A stretch of DNA of 44,124 nucleotides, taken from positions 61,059,443-61,103,566 of the forward strand of contig NC_068989.1 of assembly GCF_001194135.2 (NCBI RefSeq), read 5' to 3'. The position numbers and the translations under genes are program-made. This document shows positions 1-10,600 of this stretch, one piece after another. How positions within the stretch are numbered: position 1 is the stretch's first letter; each line of letters starts with the position of its first letter. The notes under the pieces were generated by a model, which worked only from the letters and a program-made list of their open reading frames with translations, had not been told where the DNA came from and searched no databases. Origin of the DNA: Octopus bimaculoides. Lineage: Eukaryota.

Positions 1-23
1 TAATAATAATATAATAATAATAA

Positions 24-195
24 TAGTAACATCGATAGGAATGAGAACCCAGGTTCGAAATTTCCCCAAGACACCTGACGAAGGCTGGAGGGTATATCAG
101 CCGAAACGTTGTGTTAACAACAAACAAGATGAGGACGAATATCCGTCAAATGTAAATAATGTAAATAATTCCTCATCTCTTAAATATAGAACTGT
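24..195 (+). mobile_element. 3' part of a hammerhead-bearing SINE-like retroposon (Penelope-type tail); head lies outside the window
   Basis: Follows (TAA)n. Near-identical to 27272-27412 (+) and 26867-27057 (-): GGAATGAGAACCCAGGTTCGAAATTTCCCCAAGACACCTGAYGAAGGCTGG...CAGCCGAAACGTTGTGTTAACAACAAACAAGATGAGGAC...CCTCATCTCTTAAATATAGAA. Confidence 0.85.
70..115 (+). ncRNA. Minimal type I hammerhead ribozyme, catalytic core intact
   Basis: Stem I GACAC(70-74)/GTGTT(111-115); CTGACGA 75-81; one extra A; stem II GGCTGG/TCAGCC (83-88/97-102); GAAAC 103-107; cleavage triplet GTT 108-110; loop-less palindromic stem III (ACGT) as in Penelope-associated minimal hammerheads. Confidence 0.8.
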
Positions 196-212
196 AATAT
201 ATGATAGAAATG

Positions 213-473
213 CTCAGAATGAGTGTTGGATTGTGAACAGTATCAGAGCGGCGGACAAAATCTTTGGTGCTTTGAATCCTATTCTTTCATTTTGTATGTG
301 AATGTGAATGTATATGCAGAGTACCACAAAGTTGAAATACAGTTTCATTTGACTCTGTTTTATGCCTGTTGTCATGACATAATAGATCCACTCAGAATGA
401 GTGCTGGATTGGTAGCAGCCGTAGAGCGGCGGATAAAATGCTTGGTGCTTTGAATCCTATTCTTTTATTTTGT
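213..473 (+). repeat. Imperfect ~84-bp direct repeat, period 178 bp (213-296 and 391-473)
   Basis: CTCAGAATGAGTG(T/C)TGGATTG...AGAGCGGCGGA(C/T)AAAAT..TTGGTGCTTTGAATCCTATTCTTT(C/T)ATTTTGT occurs twice. Confidence 0.85.
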
Positions 474-963
474 GAATTACAAATCTGAACGTGATTGACA
501 ATGACTTTCCTTTTTGGGGATCGTTAAAAGAATGTAGGAGGCAGAAAAGGCATCGATGTACTCGACTACTCTCTTTCCCTGAAATTTGTTTTACCTTTTG
601 TCAATATCAGAGGCAGCAATAAATAGAAACTCTAAACTCACGTCTCTCTTTAATCACTCCTAACTCCAGAACGATTCAGTTGAAAGGAGACGAATGCAGT
701 TGGTGAAGTTTCCGTTAAGAAATACAATAAAAATCGATTGCATTCATGAGTGTGAATTAAAATTCCATTTAGTTTCACTGAGAGTAATCTTGCTCTTTTC
801 TTCTTGCTATGCTGTTATTTGCAAAAATGTAGAAAACGTCTAATTGATAAAGCTATCGATTAGTTATATTATTAAACTTCCATAACATTACTTGCAATTT
901 AAAAGCTAACAAAACATCATTTTACATTCAATTGAGCCTGAAATTGAAAGAAGTAGACGGGCA

Positions 964-1098
964 TCATTCAGAGAAATAATTTCCATTTTGGTGGCAAGCA
1001 TAATCGTTCTCATTATATATCTCATTATCATCTTCAACAGTGGAAAGATGACAAAATTTGGTCTTATAGCAAATTACTCTATTTTTCATTAAGAAAAG
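964..1098 (-). CDS. Candidate terminal coding exon of the minus-strand gene (LFLMKNRVICYKTKF...NYFSE*)
   Basis: Acceptor ctttttctcaatcag, phase 0, 44 open codons then TGA; phase-compatible with candidate exon 4137-4195. Confidence 0.3.
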   Translation of the reverse strand, partial: LFLMKNRVICYKTKFCHLSTVEDDNEIYNENDYACHQNGNYFSE

Positions 1099-1159
1099 CT
1101 GATTGAGAAAAAGAGGAGGTGGTTGATTGATAATATCGGAATGTGCGTGTGTATGTGTG

Positions 1160-1162
1160 GGT

Positions 1163-1219
<57 letters not shown>

Positions 1220-1260
1220 AGTAAGGGAGAGACAGAAAGAGAGAGTGAGAGAGAGAGAAA
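1160..1260. repeat. (GA)n microsatellite
   Basis: Direct reading. Confidence 0.95.
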
Positions 1261-1737
1261 TATGCGCCCTTGCAAGAAAACGACAGAAACCGAAGATGTG
1301 AGAGGCGCTATCAAATTACAAAAGAAGTAATATGTTATATAAGACACTATATTTCAGCACTATATAAAATGTATTCTTCCCTGCAGTGTTATTACTAACT
1401 TTACTGACTTATTTTAAGAACAATTTGCATTCAGGTATGAATTCAATTGCTCACCGTACTGAACCTTTGTTGTCGCTAGCCATATAAAGCTCACACGAGA
1501 CATATGTGAAGGTATATTAGAAGATACTTCATTGCAATTATAAGGAAATATTAAAGACAGTCAAGAACATTAACGCAACAAAGGGCGATAGTCAATGCTG
1601 GACAGAAAGATTTGAAAAATGTTGTTTAGGAAATAATTGCAAATAATTGTCATTGTGACTATCATTTTACATGCATTGTCCCATCCTATCAATATGCTCA
1701 TAAGTTTAGATCACCTGTTGGTACTTCAGTAACACTC

Positions 1738-1742
1738 GACTG

Positions 1743-1827
<85 letters not shown>

Positions 1828-1830
1828 GGC
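1738..1830. repeat. (CTA)n/(CTG)n compound microsatellite
   Basis: Direct reading. Confidence 0.95.
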
Positions 1831-1865
1831 TACTGCTTCGACGATGATGATAATAATGATTGCTA

Positions 1866-2043
1866 AAAAGGGCAGCTTGGGGGAGGAGATTAAGTCGATT
1901 ACATTGACTCGAGTACTTAAATAAGTACCAGTTAAGATGAAAGCAATGTCGGGCTCGGTAGGATTTGCACTCAGAAAGTAGCTAAAGACGACATACCGCT
2001 AAGCGTCTAGTCCGGCGTGCTAACGATTCTGCCAGATCACGCC

Positions 2044-2046
<3 letters not shown>
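1866..2046 (-). mobile_element. tRNA-derived SINE family A, degenerate
   Basis: Minus strand begins AAGGCG..CTGGCAGAATCGTTAGCACGCCGG...CTGAGTGCAAATCC (A/B-box-like); homologous to copies at 5170-5375, 21091-21303 and 29308-29696. Confidence 0.8.
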
Positions 2047-2109
<63 letters not shown>

Positions 2110-2135
2110 GCGATAATAATAAGAATAACAATAAA

Positions 2136-2684
2136 TGCCCTGATGCAGTACCAGGCAGTGGCTCTCATGGCTTCTGATCTTAATTGATTAGAAGTGTTAT
2201 CATGTACATTGATTTGTCTTGGTATAAAAGATGGCCTACAACAAATATTCTGCTCAATACGACAGATTTGCTTGTCAGTTGCTTGATCTTAACCAGTTGA
2301 GCATGTCCATTGGTGGCTGACGATATGTGCATCTCTGATCATGAGCAGAACTAGTGGGGGAGCATCATAGCCATGTGTTCAGAGGAATTCTTTGGGGTTT
2401 GAATAAATCACATTTGGAAACATGGGTCTTTTGCTCAGCATCCTTAAACAAACCTTATTCAGGGACCTTTTGAGCGGGATGGGCTACTCGACCTGAAGAA
2501 AATTCTAACTGGGCCCCACCTGCAAGGTCATGCTCTGTTTATATGAGATCGCCATGTCGCGCACATATGGTTGTGTAGCATGTGCCTGGTGTACTCTTAT
2601 CAGACTGGTAGTCATGATGGGTATAATGGGCTTCGTATATTTTACCCCAGTGTCACTTTGATGGCATGCACTGCTCTCTCACTC
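2136..2684 (+). repeat. Unclassified ~550-bp interspersed element, copy 1 of a tandem dimer, bounded by (AAT)n
   Basis: Starts TGCCCTGATGCAGTACCAGGCAGTGGCTCTC, ends CACTGCTCTCTCACTC(AAT)n; colinear with 2763-3273; no ORF. Confidence 0.8.
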
Positions 2685-2762
<78 letters not shown>

Positions 2763-3273
2763 TGCCCTGATGCAGTACCAGGCAGTGGCTCTCATGAGTT
2801 TTGATTTTAACTAATTGGAAGTGCTTGACTTGGTATAAAAGATGGCTACAACAAATATTCTTCTCAACACCACAGCTTGTTAGCTGTTTGACTTTAACCA
2901 GGTGAGCATGCCCCTTAGAAGCTGACAATATGTACATCTCTGATCACGAGCAGATGTAGTGGGGAAGCATCATAGCCATGTATTGAGAGGAGTTCTTGGG
3001 GTTTAAATAATTAACCCTTGGAGGCGTGGGTGTTTTAGTCATCATCCTTAAAACAAACCTTATTCAGGGACCTTTTCAGTGGGATGGGCTATTCGACCTG
3101 AAGAAAATTGTAACTGGGTCCCATGTGCTATTTGTCTTCGCATAAGATCAACAAATGGCGCACATGTGATTTTCATGCATGTGAATCACATGTGCACCCT
3201 TACCAGACAGATAATCATGAAGAGTATTGTGGGCTTCGTATAGTTCACCCCAGTGTCATTTTGATGGCAGGCA
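2763..3273 (+). repeat. Unclassified ~550-bp element, copy 2 (diverged, 3' end fused to a mariner fragment)
   Basis: Same start motif TGCCCTGATGCAGTACCAGGCAGTGGCTCTC and internal blocks (CTTATTCAGGGACCTTTT, GACCTGAAGAAAATT) as copy 1. Confidence 0.8.
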
Positions 3274-3515
3274 TTACACAACTTTTTGCAAGGAAAAAAT
3301 TCCAAATCTGAAGAAGAGGCAAAAACAGCCTTTCGTGATTTCATCACCACTTGCTCTCCAGAATTCCTCGATGCCGGCACAAATAAGCTACCAATAACAT
3401 GGCAAAATTATGTTGATAATTTAGGTGCATACTTTAACTTCATTGCTTTTTGTTGAGATAAAGTAAAATAAACTTTCTGTTCAAAATCAGACGTTTCTTT
3501 CTTAATGACCTGATA
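3274..3515 (+). mobile_element. Mariner transposon 3' fragment with right TIR
   Basis: Translates LQGK..KSEEEAKTAFRDFITTCSPEFLDAGTNKLPITWQNYVDNLGAYFN, matching the mariner transposase C-terminus (GI.KLP.RWQKCV...G.YF); ends CTTAATGACCTGATA followed by TA. Confidence 0.8.
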
Positions 3516-4136
3516 TAAGCACATCTAGCGATGAAATGGCTACAAATGCAGCCATCCAGATACTTTGGAGTTAATTTACGTCTCTTTTACTTGAGATTAT
3601 AAGCATTAGATTGATTCAAAAGCTTATGTATACTAAATAGAAAATAACAGGTATTACGACTTTAACAGATACAATTATGGGTTATATTTATAATGCTCCC
3701 AATTGGAAGCTAAACGTATAATGAAAACGAGACAGAAAGAAACCTTAACTATAATGATTATATGTACTCGGAGTAATAGAAGGTAGGAGTCATATGCAGC
3801 TAGTAAACAATAACAAAGTATCCACTGTATGATTACAAAAAACATCTATTAAATAATAATGGATAGCTAATAATATTAGCTACTAAACACGAACAAAAAA
3901 CATTTTTTCTCTCTTTAAGGAAACAATAGAGAAGAGATGGAATGACAGACAGCGATAAAGAACATAAGGAGGAAACATAATCATTAGCTATAGTTGGACC
4001 TATATAGCTCCAGAATAAGTATGGTAATAAAAAGTTATGATAAGTATCTCAAATGAAATACTGGACACGGTGGAAACAGACAAGTAGAATTCAAAAGAAA
4101 ATGCTATATAAAAATGTGTAAAATTCCAAGCTAAAC

Positions 4137-4195
4137 CCGAAGAGCTATTGACTCTGGTACAAGTGAATGACTTCTCACTTGAATCCACCAATCCA
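4137..4195 (-). CDS. Candidate internal exon (phase 1 to 0; DWWIQVRSHSLVPESIALR)
   Basis: Acceptor cttttaatacatgctttcag; weak donor CGG|GTTTAG; a second frame (GLVDSSEKSF) is also open, so the frame is ambiguous. Confidence 0.3.
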
Positions 4196-4279
4196 CTGAA
4201 AGCATGTATTAAAAGGGAATACAGACTGTGACTGCCGAAGAAGAAGAAAACATCATAGACACTACATGGTGTTTATATA

Positions 4280-4287
4280 CGAGAAAG

Positions 4288-4345
<58 letters not shown>

Positions 4346-4460
4346 AGAGAGATAGAGAGAGAAAGAGAGAGAGATAGAGAGAGAGAAAGAGAGAGAGAGA
4401 TAGAGAGAGAAAGAGAGAGAGAGAGATAGAGAGAGAGAAAGAGAGTGAGAAAGAGAGTTG
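4280..4460. repeat. (GA)n/(GATA) microsatellite
   Basis: Direct reading. Confidence 0.95.
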
Positions 4461-4583
4461 ACACTTACATTAGAAATTAGACGAGCATTATGAAGTCATA
4501 AGAGAAAAGACTTATTCGTATAAATAAAAAAAAACAAAAACGCAGAAGACGAAAGCCATTGTATGTTATATTGAAATACATAC

Positions 4584-4673
4584 TGAGAGAAAAATTGAAG
4601 TTAATAGGACAGGTATTGTTGTCAAGGACAAAGAGAAACAGATATATAATTCCTGACGGCTTATGAAGTATAT
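4584..4673 (-). CDS. Candidate 90-nt internal exon
   Basis: Very strong acceptor aatattttcttgtctttcag, donor TCA|GTATGT; open in two frames (IYFISRQELYICF... or DILHKPSGIIYLF...). Confidence 0.4.
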
Positions 4674-4973
4674 CTGAAAGACAAGAAAATATTATTCACA
4701 TAGAGGAGTGGATAACTGAGTTAAACAGCTGGTACTGCAAAATATAATAGAAAGCATAGACAAGAATATAACCCAAACTACATGATTTGCAAATATCTCC
4801 AGCGTATAGGAAATAGAGCTACTATAAAAATTTACGGTTGTAGAGTGAAATACATCTAATATAATTAGGGCAAAAAAGAGTACAGAGCATACACCCGAAA
4901 TAAACGAAGGTGCTCAGGAGTGCAAAGAAAGGAAACAATGTAAATAATACACCTGGATTATAACAATAATAAC

Positions 4974-5373
4974 GGCTTCAAATTTTGGCACAATGCTGGC
5001 AATTTCAGGGAGTGTTTGGGCGACTACAGCGACCCCTGTGCTCATCTCCTACTTATTTTCTCGATTAAACGCAAAGTCGTCCTCGGCGGAATTTGAACAC
5101 AGAACGTAAAAAGGGACGAAATGCCGCTAAGCGTCTTCGTCTTCGCATCAATAACAAAAGCAACAACAATTTCAAATTTTGGCACAAGGCCAGCAGTTTC
5201 GGGGGAGGGGCAAGTCAAATACATCTACCTGAGTATTCAACTGGTACTTATTTTATCAATCTCAAAAGGACGAAAGGAAAGGTCAAGCTCGGCGGAATTT
5301 GAGCTCAGAACGTAAAAAACGGACGAAATACCATTTTGCTCGGGGTGCTGAAGATTCTGCAAGCTAGCTGCCT

Positions 5374-5375
<2 letters not shown>
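4974..5375 (-). mobile_element. Two tandem SINE family A copies (4974-5150 and 5170-5375)
   Basis: Each has the tail TTCAAATTTTGGCACAA and core GGCGGAATTTGA(A/G)C(A/T)CAGAACGTAAAAA..GGACGAAAT; the second runs into (CTA)n(TAA)n at 5375-5452. Confidence 0.85.
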
Positions 5376-5426
<51 letters not shown>

Positions 5427-5689
5427 ATAATAATAATAATAATAATAATAACAATTTTCAGTTCAGGATTGTCTTAAGTGGTACGTCACACGTTTTGAGA
5501 GGAGCAATGTCGCTGTGAATTTTCTTTCCTTTCTCCCTCCTTTATTTTCTTTGTTTCCTTTTTTACTTCTTTCTTTTTTCTCCTGTTCTTCTACTCTCTA
5601 TCTTTATTCCCATCCTAGTCACTTCTACCGGAAACCTTCGTAAAGATTGTGCTAAGGATTGACAAAATAGTTATAGTGATACTAATCAT

Positions 5690-7060
5690 ACTAGGAAATT
5701 GGAACAGATGAGAAAGTAAATCACCTGTTTATGGACGACATGAAATTATTTGCCAGAAGTGAGAAAGTTTTAGACTTACGGGTTCAGAGTGTTAGATTTG
5801 TGAGTGATGACACTGGCATGCATTTCGGAATGGAGAGGTGTGCGATGCTAGTGAATGCGTGAGGAAAATTATCTAGGTCAGAAAGGATTAAAACGAGATG
5901 TCGAATAGGCAATAATGCCGGTGACCGTTATAAGTACCTAAGTGTAGTATAGGCAGATAGAATGTCTGTCAAGAAATGAATGGGAAAGTGCTAAATGGAG
6001 GTAAAAGAACCTCTGCAGTAAACGCACGGGCAGTCACTATAATATGATATTCTGTTGCTTTCCTGAACTGGACTAAAGATGGATTCACAAACAGATTGTC
6101 GATGTACAGGAGCCACATTCCAGATAAGGTGTCGGTATATAATACCTACCACAGAATTAGTTGGGGGAGGACTGATATCAATAGAAGACTATCTAAAGGT
6201 GGCAAAATGTGACAAAAAAGAGTGTGTGAGAAGCAACTCAGAAATATTGATTGCAGCTGCTGTAGGAGAGGAAAAAAACAGTTGAGACGACAGCAGAATA
6301 CAAGGAAAAAACAGGAGAGAGAAAGAAACATTTGAGGAGAACTACAAGGCTAACATCTCAGACAAACGCAGGACGTCGAAGGAAGAGCATCTCGCTTATG
6401 ACTGAAGACTGGAGACGTTAAGAAAACGGAAAACTCTAAATGGGTGCTCAAAGCCAGTCATTGCGGAATATCATCAAATCCAAAATTGGTAAGAAGTGCA
6501 TAGTGCACAGTGTGTAATGAGGAAGGGGAATCCGTTATGCACATAATTATTTCTTGTAGTCCTTTGGCACAGCAGGAATATAAGATGCAGACACAGCTGT
6601 GTGACCAAGGCACTACACAGGGGTATATTACGGCAAAAAGGATTTAAAGAAGGAAGCAAATGAATCAAACATCAGCCAGAAACCAGAACGACTAATATCA
6701 GATTTTATGGGATTTTAATGTACTGATTAATCACTAAATTCAAACCAGGCGAAAAGACATCATGCTGCTGGACAAGGAGGAAGAAGAGTACATCATCACA
6801 GACGTGGCTGTATCTTCGGATATGAATGTAGCGGTCAAAGATAAAAAAAAATAGGAAAATATCATGATTTAACTTGAGAAATACGACGACTGTGAAGTGT
6901 TGCTGCAAAATTCTTTCCAGTTGCTATAGGAACCCAAGGTACAGTCATCAACAGACTTAATAATCCCCTTACTGTGATTGGTGTTAGTACAAACATTGCA
7001 CTAATTCAGAAATCTGCTCTATTGGAAACAGAAGGGCTGTAAGAAGGTCCTCGATATCTA
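5690..7060 (+). mobile_element. Old R4/Dong-clade non-LTR retrotransposon remnant (RT, CCHC knuckle, RLE)
   Basis: KVNHLFMDDMKLFARSE...GMHFGMERCAML (RT motif C region), YKYLSV, GGGLISIED, CTVCNEEGESVMHIIISC (Cx2Cx8Hx4C), then a degenerate restriction-like endonuclease; many stops and frameshifts. Confidence 0.85.
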
Positions 7061-7061
7061 G

Positions 7062-7117
<56 letters not shown>

Positions 7118-7118
<1 letters not shown>

Positions 7119-7632
7119 GATGGTATAAACACACGCCTGAAAAGGTCACAGAAAACGAGAAAGCAACCATACTCTGGGATATGCCAATACACACAGATAG
7201 AGAAATTAAGGCAAATAGACCAGATATAGTTGTCAAAGATCATGAAGAAAAAAATGCTTTCTAATTGATGTATCAATACCAGCAGATGACAACGTTTCTC
7301 TAAAAGAAATGGAAAAACTTTCAAAATACAAAGACCTGGAAATAGAGATAACACGAATGTGGAATCTAAAAACAGAAACAATTCCTATCATAGTAGGTGC
7401 CTTAGGTTTAATAAAAAAATATTCAGACAAATACATAACAAAATCACCAGGACTTACAAATATATATAACATACAGAAAATTGCACTACTGGGTACTGCA
7501 CACATTCTACGCAAAACACTTTCAATACAGTAAACATAAGAGCACCACAGCAAACCACAGCACATACCCAAGGCGCACAGAGCTGCGCTCGGTAGTGAAG
7601 TGAAAGCACGTTATAAAAATAAAACTACTGAA
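7118..7632 (+). mobile_element. Young 5'-truncated R4/Dong copy (RLE domain + 3'UTR) inserted in (TAA)n
   Basis: WYKHTPEKVTENEKATILWDMPIHTDREIKANRPDIVVKDHEEK/CFLIDVSIPADDNVSLKEMEKLSKYKDLEIEITRMWNLKTETIPIIVGALGLIKK...ALLGTAHILRKTLSIQ*; a single frameshift in an A-run near 7250; (TAA)n on both sides. Confidence 0.92.
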
Positions 7633-7633
7633 C

Positions 7634-7684
<51 letters not shown>

Positions 7685-7871
7685 GATAATAATGATGATG
7701 ATGATTTCTTTTATTTGCCACCAGTGCGAAGTATGAGGGGGACTATACAAAAACCGACATAAAGTATTGGGGTTTACATACAATGGAATGATAAATAACT
7801 AGTATACACAGTGTACATTAGAAGTGACGTACACATAGTATATGACACTAGAAAAAAATCAAGGAAAAGTG

Positions 7872-7910
<39 letters not shown>

Positions 7911-7929
7911 TTGATGATAATGATAAAAA

Positions 7930-8545
7930 AAACCTTAAAAGGAGACTCTAATCTGTTCTGCCCCCAAACAAGCACTAAGAACGAATTACATCAAATACAG
8001 AAAAGACACTACGTCAGAAAGTGATAAGTGCAGAATTTGTGGACAAAATGTTCGGAAGTTGTTTCCCGTCGATTACTATTGCGAACAACAGTAGCTTTCT
8101 TGAACCGAATACACGTCGTTGATTGGTTGAAATTACCCAAATACGACAACTTTAACGTGAAATAACTTCTAAAATAGGAAATTTTGTCAAAAACATTCAG
8201 AGTAAATCGTGTTCTACGTGAGAAATTCTACCAATATTCGAAGTTACAAACTGTTTAATTAAAAAAATATAATTTAAAAAAATGTGTTATTGAGATGGAA
8301 TAGATACAAATCGTGAAACCGTATGGCATATTACTAGTCAATGTACGCCACGAGCCCAGAAATAATATAAGAATCATCATGACGATATAGCAAGGATTGT
8401 CCATTGCAAAATGTATGGACTTGACAGAGCAAAAATGTGGAACGAAAAGTGCTCGAAAAGTAAGGGGTGTTACCTTAGTTCACTGGTAGTGAACAACTGG
8501 CACCGCAGAACATCTTCAGTAGAAGCTGCGCAAATAAATAATAAA

Positions 8546-8606
<61 letters not shown>

Positions 8607-8769
8607 GAGGAAGAAGAAGAAGAGGAAAAAGAAGACGTAGTAGTAGTAGTAGTAATAGTAGTAGTAATAGTAGTAGTAATAGTAGTAGTAGTAATTGTAG
8701 TAGTAGTAGTAGTAGTAGTAGTAGCAGCAGCAGCAGCAGAAGAAGAAGAAGAAGAAGAAGAAGAAGAGG

Positions 8770-8813
<44 letters not shown>

Positions 8814-9445
8814 GATGAGGATAATGATTGCGGTGGTAGTGTTTCATGTAGTAGGTGGTGGTGCTAATAGTGGTTTTGACATTGTTGTTATTGTTGTTGA
8901 CGATGAACATGGTGACGACGATGACGACAGTGATGATAATGACGATGATGTTATAGTAGATGAGACATTAAAATATGGCCTCCATTCAGATCAACCCGAA
9001 GCTATCGTCAAAATTGATAATACAAAGATCCTATGGGATTTTATGATTCAGTGCAACCATGAGATAGAGAATAGGAACTTTTTAACTTAGAACAAAGTAA
9101 ACGATGCTGAATCATAGATATAGCATGCCCAGCTGACAACAAGGTATGCAATAACGAAGAAAGAAAAGTAGATAGATATGACAGGTTAGTTTGGGAGGTT
9201 AAGTAGTTGTAGTCGCTGAAAAAGGTGGTAGTAATACCAATAATTATCAGAGCCCTGGTAACAGTGAGTAAAAAATATGGAGAAGTACGTGGAACAAATA
9301 GGGGATGCAATAAGGTTGGACCACTTGCAGAAAACAGCACTGCTTAGAACCGCTCGAATACTGCGGATAGTGCTCGAAAAGTAAGGGGCGTTACCTTAGT
9401 TCACTGGTAGTGAACAACTGGCACCGCAGTACAACTTCAGTAGAA
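7930..9445 (+). mobile_element. Third R4/Dong remnant, rearranged and interrupted
   Basis: QALRTNYIKYRKDTTSESDKCRICGQN|GETVWHITSQC (CCHC split by insert 8051-8312); RLE segment PEAIVKIDNTKILWDFMIQCNHEIENR...IDIACPADNKVC at 8996-9368; 3'UTR present twice. Confidence 0.8.
8051..8312. mobile_element. 262-bp unclassified insertion nested in a Dong zinc knuckle
   Basis: Its removal restores the in-frame CRICGQNGETVWHITSQC. Confidence 0.65.
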
Positions 9446-9466
9446 GCTGCGCAAATAAATAATAAA

Positions 9467-9524
<58 letters not shown>

Positions 9525-9528
9525 TAAA

Positions 9529-9594
<66 letters not shown>

Positions 9595-9671
9595 AAGAAG
9601 AAGACGAAGAGGAAAAAGAAGACGTAGTAGTAGTAGTAGTAATAGTAGTAGTAATAGTAGTAGTAGTAATT

Positions 9672-9708
<37 letters not shown>

Positions 9709-10201
9709 CAGCAGCAGCAGAAGAAGAAGAAGAAGAAGAAGAAGAAGAAGAAGAAGAGGAGGAGGAGGANNNNNNNNNNNNNNNNNNNNNNNNNNNNNNN
9801 NNNNNNNNNNNNNNNNNNNNNNNNNNNNNNNNNNNNNNNNNNNNNNNNNNNNNNNNNNNNNNNNNNNNNNNNNNNNNNNNNNNNNNNNNNNNNNNNNNNN
9901 NNNNNNNNNNNNNNNNNNNNNNNNNNNNNNNNNNNNNNNNNNNNNNNNNNNNNNNNNNNNNNNNNNNNNNNNNNNNNNNNNNNNNNNNNNNNNNNNNNNN
10001 NNNNNNNNNNNNNNNNNNNNNNNNNNNNNNNNNNNNNNNNNNNNNNNNNNNNNNNNNNNNNNNNNNNNNNNNNNNNNNNNNNNNNNNNNNNNNNNNNNNN
10101 NNNNNNNNNNNNNNNNNNNNNNNNNNNNNNNNNNNNNNNNNNNNNNNNNNNNNAAGAAGAAGAAGAAGAAGAAGAAGAAGAAGAAGAAGAGGAGGAGGAG
10201 G

Positions 10202-10232
<31 letters not shown>

Positions 10233-10415
10233 AGATGAGGATAATGATTGCGGTGGTAGTGTTTCATGTGGTAGGTGGTGGTGCTAATAGTGGTTTTGAC
10301 ATTGTTGTTATTGTTGTTGACGATGAACATGGTGACGACGATGACGACAGTGATGATAATGACGATGATGTTATAGTAGATGAGACATTAAAATGTGGCC
10401 TCCATTCAGATCAAC
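8448..10415 (+). repeat. Duplicated block (8448-8995 and 9369-10415): Dong 3'UTR + compound microsatellite + unique flank
   Basis: Both copies run from AGTGCTCGAAAAGTAAGGGG to CCTCCATTCAGATCAAC with the same order of (TAA)(GAA)(TAG)(CAG)(GAA)(GAG)(GAT) tracts and only a few substitutions; copy 2 contains a gap. Confidence 0.92.
9770..10153. other. Assembly gap (other gaps: 16220-16417, 35254-35378, 41165-41445, 42467-42476)
   Basis: Runs of N, each flanked by microsatellite. Confidence 0.99.
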
Positions 10416-10473
10416 AATGAGAAGAGGCTATATGATATGTTAGCTTGTCGGAGTCAATTAATGAGTGCATTAC

Positions 10474-10600
10474 GACAGGGAGAAACATTTGTAATATATT
10501 GTGACTTTGTATGGTAATGTTAGCGCCATCAACAATGTAGCGTCTGTCAAAGAAGGGCTGCCATAAAGGAATCGTACAGTAATGTAAAGATAGATTATGT
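10474..10600 (-). CDS. Candidate internal exon (phase 1 to 2; DIIYLYITVRFLYGSPSLTDATLLMALTL...)
   Basis: Acceptor tattttctttttacatcttatatgtatgctag, donor TC|GTAATG, open frame; D....L..T..FLY.S resembles recalled MEI1 DVDILQPSFNFLYWS (unverified). Confidence 0.4.

Noticed and set aside
2136-2684. HDV-like or hammerhead ribozyme in the 550-bp unit
   Set aside because: CTGATGC has no downstream GAAA box; a possible P1 (GGCAGTG/CACTGCT) lacks the following GG, P4 and catalytic C.
8470-10420. Long ORFs of 146-297 aa with poly-H/L/S/T/Y/M runs
   Set aside because: Translations of compound trinucleotide microsatellites and N-gaps; duplicated non-coding block.
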